Positions 53,663-63,612 of a stretch of 64,000 nucleotides of DNA are shown here, piece after piece. Each line of letters starts with the position of its first letter. Position 1 is the first letter of the stretch. A program made the translations under genes and the position numbers. Origin of the DNA: an uncultured delta proteobacterium (lineage in GTDB: Bacteria > Desulfobacterota > Desulfomonilia > UBA1062); NCBI GenBank assembly GCA_963752595.1, contig CAVVYZ010000022.1:64001-128000 (forward strand), in the 5' to 3' direction. Under the pieces are notes generated by a model that saw only the letters and a list, made by a program, of their open reading frames with translations, had not been told where the DNA came from and searched no databases.

Positions 53663-55078
53663 GAGCCGATTGCAAAACTCACAACGAGGGATAATATTGC
53701 GAATCAGCATATAAGTAATGAAATAGTGATGAGAAAGCTCTATTCTTTTTGTGCTGAGCAAAAAGAAAGGAGAAGCGATGAGCAATCTCTTCGAGATATG
53801 GAATACCAGACAGGCGAGATTTTTCCATGGTTGGAAGAGAGACTCGATCCGTTGAGTGATAAGGAGCAGCAATTTGTGAGAGTTGTCTGTCTGATGGACC
53901 TGCCGAAGCACATGCAGGGGTATCGCTGGATCGGGATAGGGAGGAAGCGAGAGGACAGGGTCTCAATCGCCAAGGCGTTTGTGGCGAAGGCGGTATACAA
54001 TTTTGAGACGACGAAGGTGCTCATAGAGTATCTGAAGGGGTGCAAGAATCCGAGGCGGTTATGCGGATGGGAGACGAGAGGAGATATTCCCTCTGAGTCG
54101 ACCTTTTGCCGGGCGTTTGGGGAGTACTCCCATGGATGCCTGCCACAGAAGATCCACGAGGCCATGGTGGAGGAGCATTGTGGGGACAAGCTTGTGGGTC
54201 ATGTGAGCCGGGATGCGACGGCCATAGAGGCGCGAGAGACGAGAGAAGACGATAAAGAAAGAAGCGGGTGAAACTGCGTCGGTGCCGAAGAGGAAACGGG
54301 GTCGCCCCAGGCAGGGAGAAGAAGTTGCTCCCAAGCCTCCGAAGAGGCTGGATCTTCAGGTTGGCCGGAGCCTGGAGGAGAATCTAAAGGATCTGCCGTA
54401 TCACTGTGCTGTAGGGACCAAGGTAGACAGCAAGGGATACAAGATGACCCGGAGGGGATACAAGCTGCATATCGACTGTATTGATGGGGATATTCCGGTG
54501 AGTGCATTATTAACCTCTGCGTCATTGCATGATTCCCAGGCAGCGATACCGCTTATGCAGATGACGTCGAAGCGGGTGGTGAGTCTGTATGATCTTATGG
54601 ATTCCGCCTATGATGCGCCGCAGATCAAGGAATTCAGTGAGGCGCTCTCGCATGTTCCGATCATTGATCCCAACCAGAGGCGAGGAGAGAAGATCCCGCT
54701 TGATCCAGCCAGGAAAGCTCGTTTTGCGCAAAGGAGCAGTAGTGAGAGAGTAAACTCGTATCTGAAAGACAACCACGGAGGAAATCATATCCGGGTAAGG
54801 GGGGCATCCAAGATCATGGCACATCTCATGTTCGGGCTCATTGTCATAACCGCGAATCAGCTTTTTCAGATGCTTTGTTGAAAGGTGTACATGCAAACTA
54901 GGACATATTCTCGGTACTTCCTGTGCAGTATGGCGGACAGCTACGCCCGAAAATCCGCATTTGGGCAATTTTTAGAATGGTAACATCAGGTAAACAGCTC
55001 TCATGACCTTGAACATAGAAAGTAACAGCGGCTTTGGGCTTCAAAATCTAAACCGGCTGAGAGTTTTGCAATCGGCTC
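53663..55078 (+). mobile_element. Insertion sequence, 1416 bp, DDE transposase (IS5/IS1182-like)
   Basis: Perfect 18-bp terminal IRs GAGCCGATTGCAAAACTC (53663-53680 / 55061-55078) flanked by TTTAA direct repeats. Confidence 0.92.
53778..54881 (+). pseudogene. DDE transposase, disrupted (frameshift near 53812; 7-bp duplication at 54233-54246)
   Basis: RLCGWE..PSESTF, RDATAIEAR, GYKLHID, LHDSQAAIPL, DLMDSAYD, RSSSERVN. Confidence 0.88.
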
Positions 55079-55156
55079 TTTAAGTATGGAATTTCCTATT
55101 CTGCATCAATGATTTGAGATCGTCTCCCGGCATATTACAATATACTTCTAACCGCT

Positions 55157-55194
55157 TTGCAATATGTGTGTTCGGTTGCAATATGTGTGTTCGG
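55157..55194 (+). repeat. Exact 19-bp tandem duplication
   Basis: TTGCAATATGTGTGTTCGG x2. Confidence 0.9.
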
Positions 55195-55225
55195 GCAGAA
55201 TATTAGTGCAGGAGTGTTTTGATTT

Positions 55226-58111
55226 ATGAGCAATGGAACGATTACCCATGCTTCGGAGGAGGCCCTGCAGAAAGAAATGAATAACCTTCGCAGGCTGCTC
55301 ACGGAAACCGATTTAAAAAAAACTGCTATTTTTCATAATGATACCTATACTTCTCTCCTGGAAGACCTTCCTGATCTCCTGTGCCTCTTCCGGCCCGACG
55401 GCCGGATTACCTATGCGAATGCAGCGTTCTGCAAATATTTCAGGAAGAAAAAGCGAGAAACCTTAGGCAGCATGGTTTATAGCTACATTCCCAGAAAGGA
55501 CAGAAAACGTTTTGCCCACCAGCTTGAAAATATCGGCCCAAGCAAGCCGGTAAGGAGATTCGAATATCGGATAATGCCTCTTGACGGACAGATGCAGTGG
55601 TATCAGTGGACGCTCAAGGCCTTGTTCGACGAATCCGATGCACCTGTTGATTATATCCTTACGGGCAGGGACATCACCAGCCTGAAATCCATGGAAGAGG
55701 ATCTTATAGATGCCCTGGAGAAATACGCCACACTCTTCGAATCTACGAAAGATGCCATCATTCTCACTGACAAGGACAGATTTATAGATTGTAACACGGC
55801 AGCTCTCAAGATATTTCGCTGCAGAGACAAGGATGCGTTCCTCCACAGCAATTTTAAAGACTTTTCTTTCCCTGACCTCTCGGGAAAGCATGAGACGGGC
55901 AACGAGCTGCAGAAGCATTTTGAGCGTGCATCCAGACTGGGTATGGACCGTTTTCAGTGGATGTGCAGGCGCTCGGATGCAACCGTATTCCCGGCCGACA
56001 TAATATTAAGCCCCTTCCCTCTGGGTGCAAAAAAGATCGTCGCTGCCGTTATCAGAGACATTTCCGAGTTGAAAGAAACCGAAGAAGCCTTGAGAAAAAG
56101 CAGGGAACAATACCGGGAACTGGTGGAAAATATTAATGATGCGATTTTCTCTCTGGATGAAAACGGCACTATTACCTATACAAGCCCGGTGATTAAAAAA
56201 ATAACGGGCTATAAACCTCAGGAAATGACCGGCAGGCATTTTACCGATTTCGTTTACGCTGAAGACAGTAAAAGAATAAGCAGCCGGTATTCAGAGCTCA
56301 GGTCAGGAAAAATCCTGTCTTTCGAATATAGGATTCTGAAAAAATCCGGCGCCCTCTGCTGGGTGAGTGCCTTTAACAAGCCCATCATAGAGGGAGACAG
56401 GCTGAGGATTTATGGTGTCGTAACGGATATTACGAACCGGAAAAAGGCAGAAGAAGAGCTGAGAAAGGCGTATGACGAGCTCGAAGCAAAGGTAAAAGAG
56501 CGTACCGAAGAGCTCATCGAGATCAACAAACGCCTCACTCAGGAAATCCAGGAACGGAAACTGATCGAAGAAACCCTCCGGACAAACGAAGAACGGTATC
56601 GAATGAAAGCAGAAGAGCTTGATGTCGTACTGAACGGTATAACCGACATCATCATGATGCAGGACACTTCCCTGAATATTATCTGGGCCAATGAAGCAGC
56701 CTCCCGAACCCTCTACCTTTCACCGGAAGAGCTCATCGGGAAAAAGTGCTACGAGCTTTGGCAGGGCAGCTCTGCGCCGTGCGATAAATGCCCGGTGACC
56801 AGGGCGGTAAAAACAGGCTTGCCCCATGAGGAAACGGTAAAAACAAAAAACGGTGCTCTCTGGCAGGTCATGGGCTACCCGGTCATGGACGACCACGGTG
56901 CCGTCAGGGGAGCAATCGAGATATCAAGGAATATAACGGGAAGAAAATACCTGGAGGAAGAACTCCAGAAGCGGTACAAGCTCGATTCCCTGGGTACACT
57001 TGCAGGTGGAATCGCACATGATTTCAATAATATTCTTACCGTAATCCTGGGCAATGTATCGTTTGCAAAAATGCTGATCGATGCCCAAGAAAAGGTTTAC
57101 GGCAGGCTGGATGACATCGAGAAGGTATCTATGAAGGCACAAGACCTCACCGGTCAGCTTCTGACTTTTTCCAAAGGGGGAAGCCCTTTGAAAAAGAAGA
57201 TGCACCTGGACCAGCTTCTGCGGGATACTGCCCATTTCGTACTCCGGCATTCCGAGGTCACTGCCCGTTTTCACACCGAAGCAGATCTCTGGCCTGTGGA
57301 AGCAGACGAGTCGCAGATCGCTCAAGTCATTCAGAATATTATCCTCAATGCCAGACAAGCCATGACCGATGGCGGGACGATTACCATAGAAGCCGGCAAC
57401 AGTTCACGATCGGACGACAACCCCCTCTTCTGTCCCGAGGGTAACCATGTAAAGATAACCATCAAGGACACAGGCTGCGGTATCGATGAAGCGGTTCTCA
57501 ACAATATCTTCGATCCCTTCTTCACTACGAAAAAGAAAAGTCACGGCCTCGGGCTCGCCACCTCTTATTCCATTGTGAGGAAACACGGCGGCCATATCAC
57601 TGCGTCGTCTACGCCCGGCAAAGGCACGACGATAACCATATATCTCCCTGCTCTAATCGAAACAAAAGAAGAGCCTCGCACGGAGATTCAGGAAACCTTC
57701 CCGGGCAAAGGCCGCATCCTGTTCATGGATGATGAGGCTTTCATCCGCGATCTGGCCAAGAGCATTCTTTCCCATCTGGGCTATGAAATTGTCTTTGCAA
57801 GAGATGGCAACGAAGCAATCCAGGTATTTGAAAAGGCAATGAAGGACGGTGAAGGCTTTGATGCCGTGATTCTGGACCTCACCGTTGTCGAAGGGATGGG
57901 CGGGAAGGAATGCATCAAAGAGTTGAAAAGGATGGATCCCGGGGTAAAGGCCATCGTATCGAGCGGCTACTCGAACGATCCTATCATGTCTGAACCGGGG
58001 AAATACGGGTTTACGGCTTTTATAGCAAAGCCGTATAGTATTCAGGCGCTCAGCTCGGTATTAAGAAACACTATCCAAAGAGAGGCCGTCTCCTGTGAGA
58101 TTACCGGATAG
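55226..58111 (+). CDS. Cytoplasmic multi-PAS hybrid histidine kinase (4 PAS-HisKA-HATPase-REC)
   Basis: Repeated PAS/PAC ends (DIT), LAGGIAHDFNNIL, NARQAM, DTGCG, FDPFFTTK, GLGLA, ILFMDDE receiver. Confidence 0.95.
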   Translation: MSNGTITHASEEALQKEMNNLRRLLTETDLKKTAIFHNDTYTSLLEDLPDLLCLFRPDGRITYANAAFCKYFRKKKRETLGSMVYSYIPRKDRKRFAHQLENIGPSKPVRRFEYRIMPLDGQMQWYQWTLKALFDESDAPVDYILTGRDITSLKSMEEDLIDALEKYATLFESTKDAIILTDKDRFIDCNTAALKIFRCRDKDAFLHSNFKDFSFPDLSGKHETGNELQKHFERASRLGMDRFQWMCRRSDATVFPADIILSPFPLGAKKIVAAVIRDISELKETEEALRKSREQYRELVENINDAIFSLDENGTITYTSPVIKKITGYKPQEMTGRHFTDFVYAEDSKRISSRYSELRSGKILSFEYRILKKSGALCWVSAFNKPIIEGDRLRIYGVVTDITNRKKAEEELRKAYDELEAKVKERTEELIEINKRLTQEIQERKLIEETLRTNEERYRMKAEELDVVLNGITDIIMMQDTSLNIIWANEAASRTLYLSPEELIGKKCYELWQGSSAPCDKCPVTRAVKTGLPHEETVKTKNGALWQVMGYPVMDDHGAVRGAIEISRNITGRKYLEEELQKRYKLDSLGTLAGGIAHDFNNILTVILGNVSFAKMLIDAQEKVYGRLDDIEKVSMKAQDLTGQLLTFSKGGSPLKKKMHLDQLLRDTAHFVLRHSEVTARFHTEADLWPVEADESQIAQVIQNIILNARQAMTDGGTITIEAGNSSRSDDNPLFCPEGNHVKITIKDTGCGIDEAVLNNIFDPFFTTKKKSHGLGLATSYSIVRKHGGHITASSTPGKGTTITIYLPALIETKEEPRTEIQETFPGKGRILFMDDEAFIRDLAKSILSHLGYEIVFARDGNEAIQVFEKAMKDGEGFDAVILDLTVVEGMGGKECIKELKRMDPGVKAIVSSGYSNDPIMSEPGKYGFTAFIAKPYSIQALSSVLRNTIQREAVSCEITG

Positions 58112-59117
58112 CGGCCAATATATCGGCTCCCTTATCGGTCAGTGCCTTGGCGATGCCGTCGGATTCCCGGTCGAAGGTCAGCCGTATGCCGTCTGCAAAG
58201 AATACGTGGAGGAAATAATTGAAGAAGGGCCTGGGCTGAGAGCCAGGCCCGGGTATGTTTTCGGCCAGTATACTGATGACTCGCAACTTGCACGCGAGCT
58301 GATTATCAGTTGCGTCTTATCCAGGGGCTTCAATCCTGAAGATTATGCCGGGCGGATAGCGGATATCTTCTCCAAGGGAAAAGTCGTGGGAGGAGGAACT
58401 GCTACCTGGGAGGCTGCAATCCGCTTGTCACAGGGCATTCCCTGGTACGAGGCAGGAACCCCAAGCCCGTCTGCCGGAAACGGAAGTGCCATGCGGGCAG
58501 GACCCGTCGGTCTGATGTTCTTCGACCGAACCGAATCCCTGATCAAGGCAGCACATGATCAGAGTATCATCACCCACAAGGATATCAGATGTTCCGTAGG
58601 TTCTGTAGCCATTGCCGGATCTGTCGCATTGGCCCTTGTAAACAAACCCGTTTCCAAGCCGGAGTTCATCAATGAGATATCGCGGCTGGTTGCGACAATC
58701 GACCCGTCGGCCGAAATCGCCTTTGCATCGCTGATCAACTGGATCGATCTTGAGCCTATCGATGCGCTCCGGGAAATTGTCAGTGCCGGGTATGCCTTTG
58801 GAGACTGGCAGGATTGGCAGGGACTGACCCAGTTTGTTACAGGAACCGTTCTTTGGAGCCTGTATGCGTTTCTGCACTCCCCGGAAAGCTACCTGGAGAC
58901 CCTTGCCTCTGCCATAGAAGTCGGTGGCGATGTTGACACCACGGCGGCAATGGCCGGGGCTATCAGCGGGGCCTACCTCGGAATCGAAAATCTTCCCGGC
59001 GAACTGATAACGCATCTCACAGACGAAGAAACATGGGGATTCGATGAACTCACCCAGTTGGCAATCGATCTCTATAATCTGAAAGTATTTCAAAAAAAGA
59101 TCCCGGCATATACCTGA
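58095..59117 (+). CDS. ADP-ribosylglycohydrolase (DraG/ARH family)
   Basis: GDAVG, YTDDSQ, GNGSAMR, ITH, GGDVDTTAAMAGAISGA. Confidence 0.93.
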   Translation: MRLPDSGQYIGSLIGQCLGDAVGFPVEGQPYAVCKEYVEEIIEEGPGLRARPGYVFGQYTDDSQLARELIISCVLSRGFNPEDYAGRIADIFSKGKVVGGGTATWEAAIRLSQGIPWYEAGTPSPSAGNGSAMRAGPVGLMFFDRTESLIKAAHDQSIITHKDIRCSVGSVAIAGSVALALVNKPVSKPEFINEISRLVATIDPSAEIAFASLINWIDLEPIDALREIVSAGYAFGDWQDWQGLTQFVTGTVLWSLYAFLHSPESYLETLASAIEVGGDVDTTAAMAGAISGAYLGIENLPGELITHLTDEETWGFDELTQLAIDLYNLKVFQKKIPAYT

Positions 59118-59140
59118 ACCGGCGCTTTTGCCGGTGTTTT
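59118..59140 (+). terminator. Possible intrinsic terminator
   Basis: ACCGGC-GCTTTT-GCCGGT-GTTTT directly after the stop. Confidence 0.5.
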
Positions 59141-59237
59141 GTCCTTGTCGGTTTTCCTTCCTGCCCGACTGCATTGACATGGGCTGAAGCAAATCCCTAC
59201 TTATATCATAACGAAGCAATCAAGAGGAGTTTCTCCC

Positions 59238-59624
59238 ATGAACGATAAAGAATATTTTGACAACACGAAAGGGAAAGGGGTTCTCGCTACGGCAGATGCC
59301 CAAGGTAATGTCGATGCTGCGCTCTATGCAAAACCTTTCTTCGTCGATGAAAAGACCGTAGTGTTCATCATGGCCGACCGGTTGAGCCATGAAAACCTGA
59401 AATCAAATGTCCACGCGGCATACCTCTTCATGGAGGAGGAAAACAGCTTGAAAGGAAGAAGGCTCTACCTGACAAAAATTCGGGAGGGAAAAAATTCCGA
59501 ACTCATCGATGAGTTGAGGCGCTTGAGAAATTATGCCTCTCAGGACAGGATATATGAAGAGGATTCATATCTTGTCTATTTTTCAATCGATAAAGTAACG
59601 CCTTTGATCGGGCACGGCTTATGA
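59238..59624 (+). CDS. Pyridoxamine 5'-phosphate oxidase-like (FMN split barrel) protein
   Basis: GVLATADAQG...SHENLKSNVHAAYLF...KGRRLYL. Confidence 0.8.
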   Translation: MNDKEYFDNTKGKGVLATADAQGNVDAALYAKPFFVDEKTVVFIMADRLSHENLKSNVHAAYLFMEEENSLKGRRLYLTKIREGKNSELIDELRRLRNYASQDRIYEEDSYLVYFSIDKVTPLIGHGL

Positions 59625-60479
59625 ACCGGCAGAACCGGATTTATGCTTCCATAGAAGCCTGTTTACAAGGCCGGCAATGACCCCACCGAAGCCTATGATC
59701 AATGCGCAGGCGGTAAACAGCCGCCCAACAAAGGGAGCCATGCCTGCCAGGCTTATTGCCACAGTTCCGGCTAATGTTTCCAGAAGCATAGGTCTGTCCG
59801 GCATTTTCAAGGCGAGGAAGAGTTTTTTTCCTATGAGCTGGACAACGGCGACGTAGCCGATAAAAAATGCAATGCCCACCAGAAGCATCTCGAATGGGAT
59901 AAGGATGATGCCGATGATCGAAATAAGAAGCATGAACGCTACGGGGAAGATCGAAGCACTCCCGAGAATGCCTAAAAAGAATGTCTTCAGTAAAGCGTGC
60001 TCGATGGTAAAGGAAATATATCCGATGGCGCGGGGTGCTATGGCAACCGTGATCAGGGCAAGCGCGAGAAAGCCTATAAAGGGAAAGATGCTAAACGGGG
60101 TATGAAACCCGTAGGGCATATCCCGCCAATGGTCATTCCCGGGCATGATAAATGATTTTATCCGGGAGGGATCGATAACGGTGATATCTCCGAGAACCGA
60201 AGCGCCTTGCTCTTTCACCACCGTCCCACCGAGAGAAACGATATTCCCTTTGATTATCGAACCCGGCCCCAGGAACACTGATCCGCCCACGGCAACTACA
60301 TCATTCCTGACAAGCCCGTCCACACGGACATCACCGCCGAGCGAGACTGCCGAATCCACCTCTTGTCCCCGCTCCACGGTCGCATTCCTGCCCAGTTCGA
60401 CCAGGGTATCCGCCTTTGCATATGCCGGAATGCAGATCATGCACAGCATAACGGCCGGCCAGGTTATCATTCGCGTCAT
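59619..60479 (-). CDS. Membrane protein with N-terminal beta-helix-like (bactofilin-like) repeats
   Basis: Signal peptide, repeats V(S/A)(L/V)GG.V, then several TM segments. Confidence 0.7.
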   Translation of the reverse strand: MTRMITWPAVMLCMICIPAYAKADTLVELGRNATVERGQEVDSAVSLGGDVRVDGLVRNDVVAVGGSVFLGPGSIIKGNIVSLGGTVVKEQGASVLGDITVIDPSRIKSFIMPGNDHWRDMPYGFHTPFSIFPFIGFLALALITVAIAPRAIGYISFTIEHALLKTFFLGILGSASIFPVAFMLLISIIGIILIPFEMLLVGIAFFIGYVAVVQLIGKKLFLALKMPDRPMLLETLAGTVAISLAGMAPFVGRLFTACALIIGFGGVIAGLVNRLLWKHKSGSAGS

Positions 60480-60561
60480 GTCATCTGCTCCTGATTTTTT
60501 CCTGCTCTATCGTTGAGCACGATATACAAGGGACTTTGTTTCCTTTATACAGCTCTCCCTG

Positions 60562-61419
60562 TTACCCTCTGGAAAACCGCCTGATATTCACTATCCGCAA
60601 GATGAGCACCACGCTCAGGTATACTGCACCGGCCAGAAGAATGATCGTTGCTCCGGTAGGAAGTCCCGGCCCGTAACTTATAGCCAGCCCGCCTGTAGTG
60701 AATGCGGCGGAAAAAAACATGGAGAGCACCATCATGTGCCCGAGCTTCTTGGAAAAATATCCGGCTGTTGCCGGAGGCAGCGTCAGGAGTGCGATAACCA
60801 TGACAATACCGACCACGCTGAGCATGAGCACAACGGTCAATGCTGTCAGGCACAGGAGCAGAAGGTAATACACCTCGACTCGCACGCCGCGCAGAAGGGC
60901 AAATTCCTCATCGAAGCAGACGGCGAGGAACTTGTTGTAGAAGATAAGGACAAGGACGATGATGAGCAGATCGAGGCCTGCCATGAGCCAGATGTCTCCC
61001 TGTGTCACCATGAGGATGTTCCCGAAGAGATAGCTCATCAGATTCTCGCTGTATCCCGGGGTCTTGAAGATGAACATGATACCCGCCGCCATGCCGATTG
61101 CCCATACGGCACCGATCACCGTATCCTCCCGCTGCTTTGCTCGGAGGCTCACCAGGCCGATGATGACGGCGGAGAGGAGAGCTGCGATCGTTGCGCCGAT
61201 GAGGGGATGAAACCACTCCCATCTCAGCACGACCTCACAGTATCGTGCCGCACCCATCCCGCCCAGAACGCTATGGGAGATAGCTCCTGCGATATATGTG
61301 ATCCTCCTGGTGACGACATAACTGCCGATTATCCCGCATGCAACACTGGCAAGAAGGCCTGCCATAAGTGCATACCTGAGGAACGAAAAGCTCATGAGAT
61401 CGGACAAGAATTCAGTCAT
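60562..61419 (-). CDS. znuB: Zn/Mn ABC transporter permease (ZnuB-like)
   Basis: AISHSVLGG, YLFGNIL, FDEEFALLRG, LLTLPPATA. Confidence 0.88.
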   Translation of the reverse strand: MTEFLSDLMSFSFLRYALMAGLLASVACGIIGSYVVTRRITYIAGAISHSVLGGMGAARYCEVVLRWEWFHPLIGATIAALLSAVIIGLVSLRAKQREDTVIGAVWAIGMAAGIMFIFKTPGYSENLMSYLFGNILMVTQGDIWLMAGLDLLIIVLVLIFYNKFLAVCFDEEFALLRGVRVEVYYLLLLCLTALTVVLMLSVVGIVMVIALLTLPPATAGYFSKKLGHMMVLSMFFSAAFTTGGLAISYGPGLPTGATIILLAGAVYLSVVLILRIVNIRRFSRG

Positions 61420-62170
61420 GCAGTTTCCCTTTTTTAGGATTCATATCATGATCATGCCTGACCATCTGTACCTTTGATCCATAAATCTCATTAATTATAT
61501 CTCCGGTAATATCACAGGTCGGATGGCACAGAAGCCTGCGGTTTACGCAGGCGACATTTTTCACGTGCCGTGAAACAAACCCGAGGTCATGGGTTACGAG
61601 CACGATGGTCATCTTCTGGTTCAGCTGATTGAGAAATTCGTAAAATTCCGTCTCTGCAGCGGCATCAACATTTGCCGTAGGTTCGTCGAGAAGCAGAAGA
61701 TCCGGGTGTGAGACGAGTGATCTGGCTATCAGCACCCGCTGGGTCTGCCCTCCGGAAAGGTCGGCGAACGGTCGGCTCCTCACCCCATAAAGATCCACTG
61801 TTCTAAGGGCCTCCTCTGCTGACAGTTTATCAGACTTGCTGTACCCCCCGAACCGTATGCCTGTCCCCAGACGTCCCATGAGGACGACGTCAATGACCGT
61901 TACAGGGAACAAGGGGTCAAGGGCGGTATGCTGCGGCATGTATCCGATTCTGGTTCGTGCCTTTTCCGGAGATGTCCCGAACACGCTCACCTTGCCTTTG
62001 TCCGGTTTTACGAGGCCCAGGATGAGCTTTAAAATCGTTGTTTTTCCACCGCCGTTCGGCCCCACGATGGACAGAAAATCCTGCTCTTGGATCTTTAAGC
62101 TCACATCTTCCAGGACCGGCATGCGCCCGTAGGTAAAGGATACCGCATCAAGTTCGATTACCGGCTTCAT
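61412..62170 (-). CDS. znuC: Zn/Mn ABC transporter ATP-binding protein (ZnuC-like)
   Basis: GPNGGGKTT, IGYMPQ, LSGGQTQR, LDEPTANVD, VTHDL, His-rich C-terminus. Confidence 0.9.
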   Translation of the reverse strand: MKPVIELDAVSFTYGRMPVLEDVSLKIQEQDFLSIVGPNGGGKTTILKLILGLVKPDKGKVSVFGTSPEKARTRIGYMPQHTALDPLFPVTVIDVVLMGRLGTGIRFGGYSKSDKLSAEEALRTVDLYGVRSRPFADLSGGQTQRVLIARSLVSHPDLLLLDEPTANVDAAAETEFYEFLNQLNQKMTIVLVTHDLGFVSRHVKNVACVNRRLLCHPTCDITGDIINEIYGSKVQMVRHDHDMNPKKGKLHD

Positions 62171-62219
62171 CTTTTCACGATACCTCTCATATCCTATAAT
62201 CCCCTTTCATCTTCGGGTC

Positions 62220-63095
62220 TTACTTCCGACCCGCAAGAGAGGTCTTAATCGTTTCAGCCATTTTCTTCATTTCCGTGAGATAGTTCCCGGGAAGGGGGTT
62301 GATGGGGATGACCTCCCCTCCGATCGATTGGGCAATTGCCCGGGCAGCCCTTTGAGAGAACTGGGGCTGGACAAAGATAACCTTGACGTTTTCCTTTCTC
62401 GTGCTCTCTATCAGCCTGGCAATCTGTCTGGCGCTGGGCTCTTTTCCCTCAACTTCGAAAGCTACCTGCTGCAGCCCGTAGGATTCACAGAAATACCCGA
62501 AGGCGGGGTGAAATACATAAATTTTTCTGCCTTTGACGGGTGCGAGTATTCCCGTGATCTCGGAATCGAGTTTGTCCAGGTCCTTTTGGAAAACTTCCAG
62601 ATTCTTTCGATAAAATTCTCCATGAACCGGATCGATCTTCGTGAGCCCTTCGGATATATTCCGGGCAATTATCTTGACCCGCTTGGGATCAAGCCAGATA
62701 TGGGGGTCAGGCCCCTGCTCGCCGGAACCCGGCGAAAAAAAGAGAATTTTGACTCCCCTGGTTGTATCGATTATGGAAAGCTGTGGAAATAGGCCGGCAA
62801 TCTTCGGAACCAGGGCACGCTCGAAAGGTGCCCCGATCGTGAAGAAAACCCGTGAGCGAGCCAGTTTGGACATCTGGGCCGGAGTGGGTTCATACGTCTC
62901 ATGAGACTGTCCTTCGCCCACGAGGACACTGACCTCGACGTATTCCCCTCCTACTCTTTCCACAAAATACTTCTGCGAGATAATACTCACGAAGGCCTTG
63001 ATCTTCTCCCCTCCGGCCTGAGAGGCACTCGATGGGCACGCCATCAGGATGATGACGATCAGGCCTGTCAGAAAGGACAGTACCTTTCCCTTCAT
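62220..63095 (-). CDS. znuA: Zn/Mn ABC substrate-binding protein (ZnuA/TroA family)
   Basis: SHETYEPTP, DPHIWLDP, FHPAFGYF, EGKEPS. Confidence 0.9.
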   Translation of the reverse strand: MKGKVLSFLTGLIVIILMACPSSASQAGGEKIKAFVSIISQKYFVERVGGEYVEVSVLVGEGQSHETYEPTPAQMSKLARSRVFFTIGAPFERALVPKIAGLFPQLSIIDTTRGVKILFFSPGSGEQGPDPHIWLDPKRVKIIARNISEGLTKIDPVHGEFYRKNLEVFQKDLDKLDSEITGILAPVKGRKIYVFHPAFGYFCESYGLQQVAFEVEGKEPSARQIARLIESTRKENVKVIFVQPQFSQRAARAIAQSIGGEVIPINPLPGNYLTEMKKMAETIKTSLAGRK

Positions 63096-63124
63096 ATTAT
63101 TTACCTCCGGGTCTTATCCCCATA

Positions 63125-63385
63125 TTATTCATGCCCGATCTTGGTGCAGACAAGGAAACGCTCGTTGCACTGCTCGCACGTTTCGATCGAATGGGCCTCC
63201 GAGAAATCCTTCCAGTGCTGCTTCTGGTTCGGCGTCAGCGTGCCTTTCCCGTTGCACAGGGGGCAGACGCTGTCCAGTGCAGTTAGAATAGCTGAACGGA
63301 TGAATTCCGATCTGTTGGGTATTCCCTGAATGATCCTGAAAAGATGCTCATCAACTTTGAAAGTTACGATCTCATGCTTTTTCAT
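63125..63385 (-). CDS. CopG/RHH-type regulator with C-terminal Cys/His metal-binding tail
   Basis: IVTFKVD..LF...NRSEFIRSAI (RHH), then CPLC...H...H...CEQC...C. Confidence 0.8.
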   Translation of the reverse strand: MKKHEIVTFKVDEHLFRIIQGIPNRSEFIRSAILTALDSVCPLCNGKGTLTPNQKQHWKDFSEAHSIETCEQCNERFLVCTKIGHE

Positions 63386-63407
63386 GCTATACTCTCACCG
63401 GACCTTA

Positions 63408-63459
63408 GTAATACTATGTAATACTTTTGTATTAGAAACCAAGACCTGATAATTGTCAA
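63408..63459 (-). promoter_or_regulatory. Sigma-70 promoter overlapped by TAATAC repeats (candidate RHH operator)
   Basis: Minus strand TTGACA (63459-54)-N17-TCTAAT (63436-31); GTAATACT at 63408 and 63418; TAATAC-TTTT-GTATTA palindrome 63419-63434. Confidence 0.7.
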
Positions 63460-63612
63460 GATCACTCATAAGATATACATAATGAATACTTTCGGTTACT
63501 TTTTAGCAGGATCGGAGCAGTGCGTTCGCGATCAATCCGGGGTGCATACCTCTCTTAAAATCGAGGGCTTCCGGTTACGCCGCCTTCACGAGGCATACTG
63601 ACCGTACAATCA

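Noticed and set aside
63500-63610. GC-richer segment downstream of hflC as ncRNA or MITE
   Set aside because: No recognisable family, terminal repeats or second copy in the window
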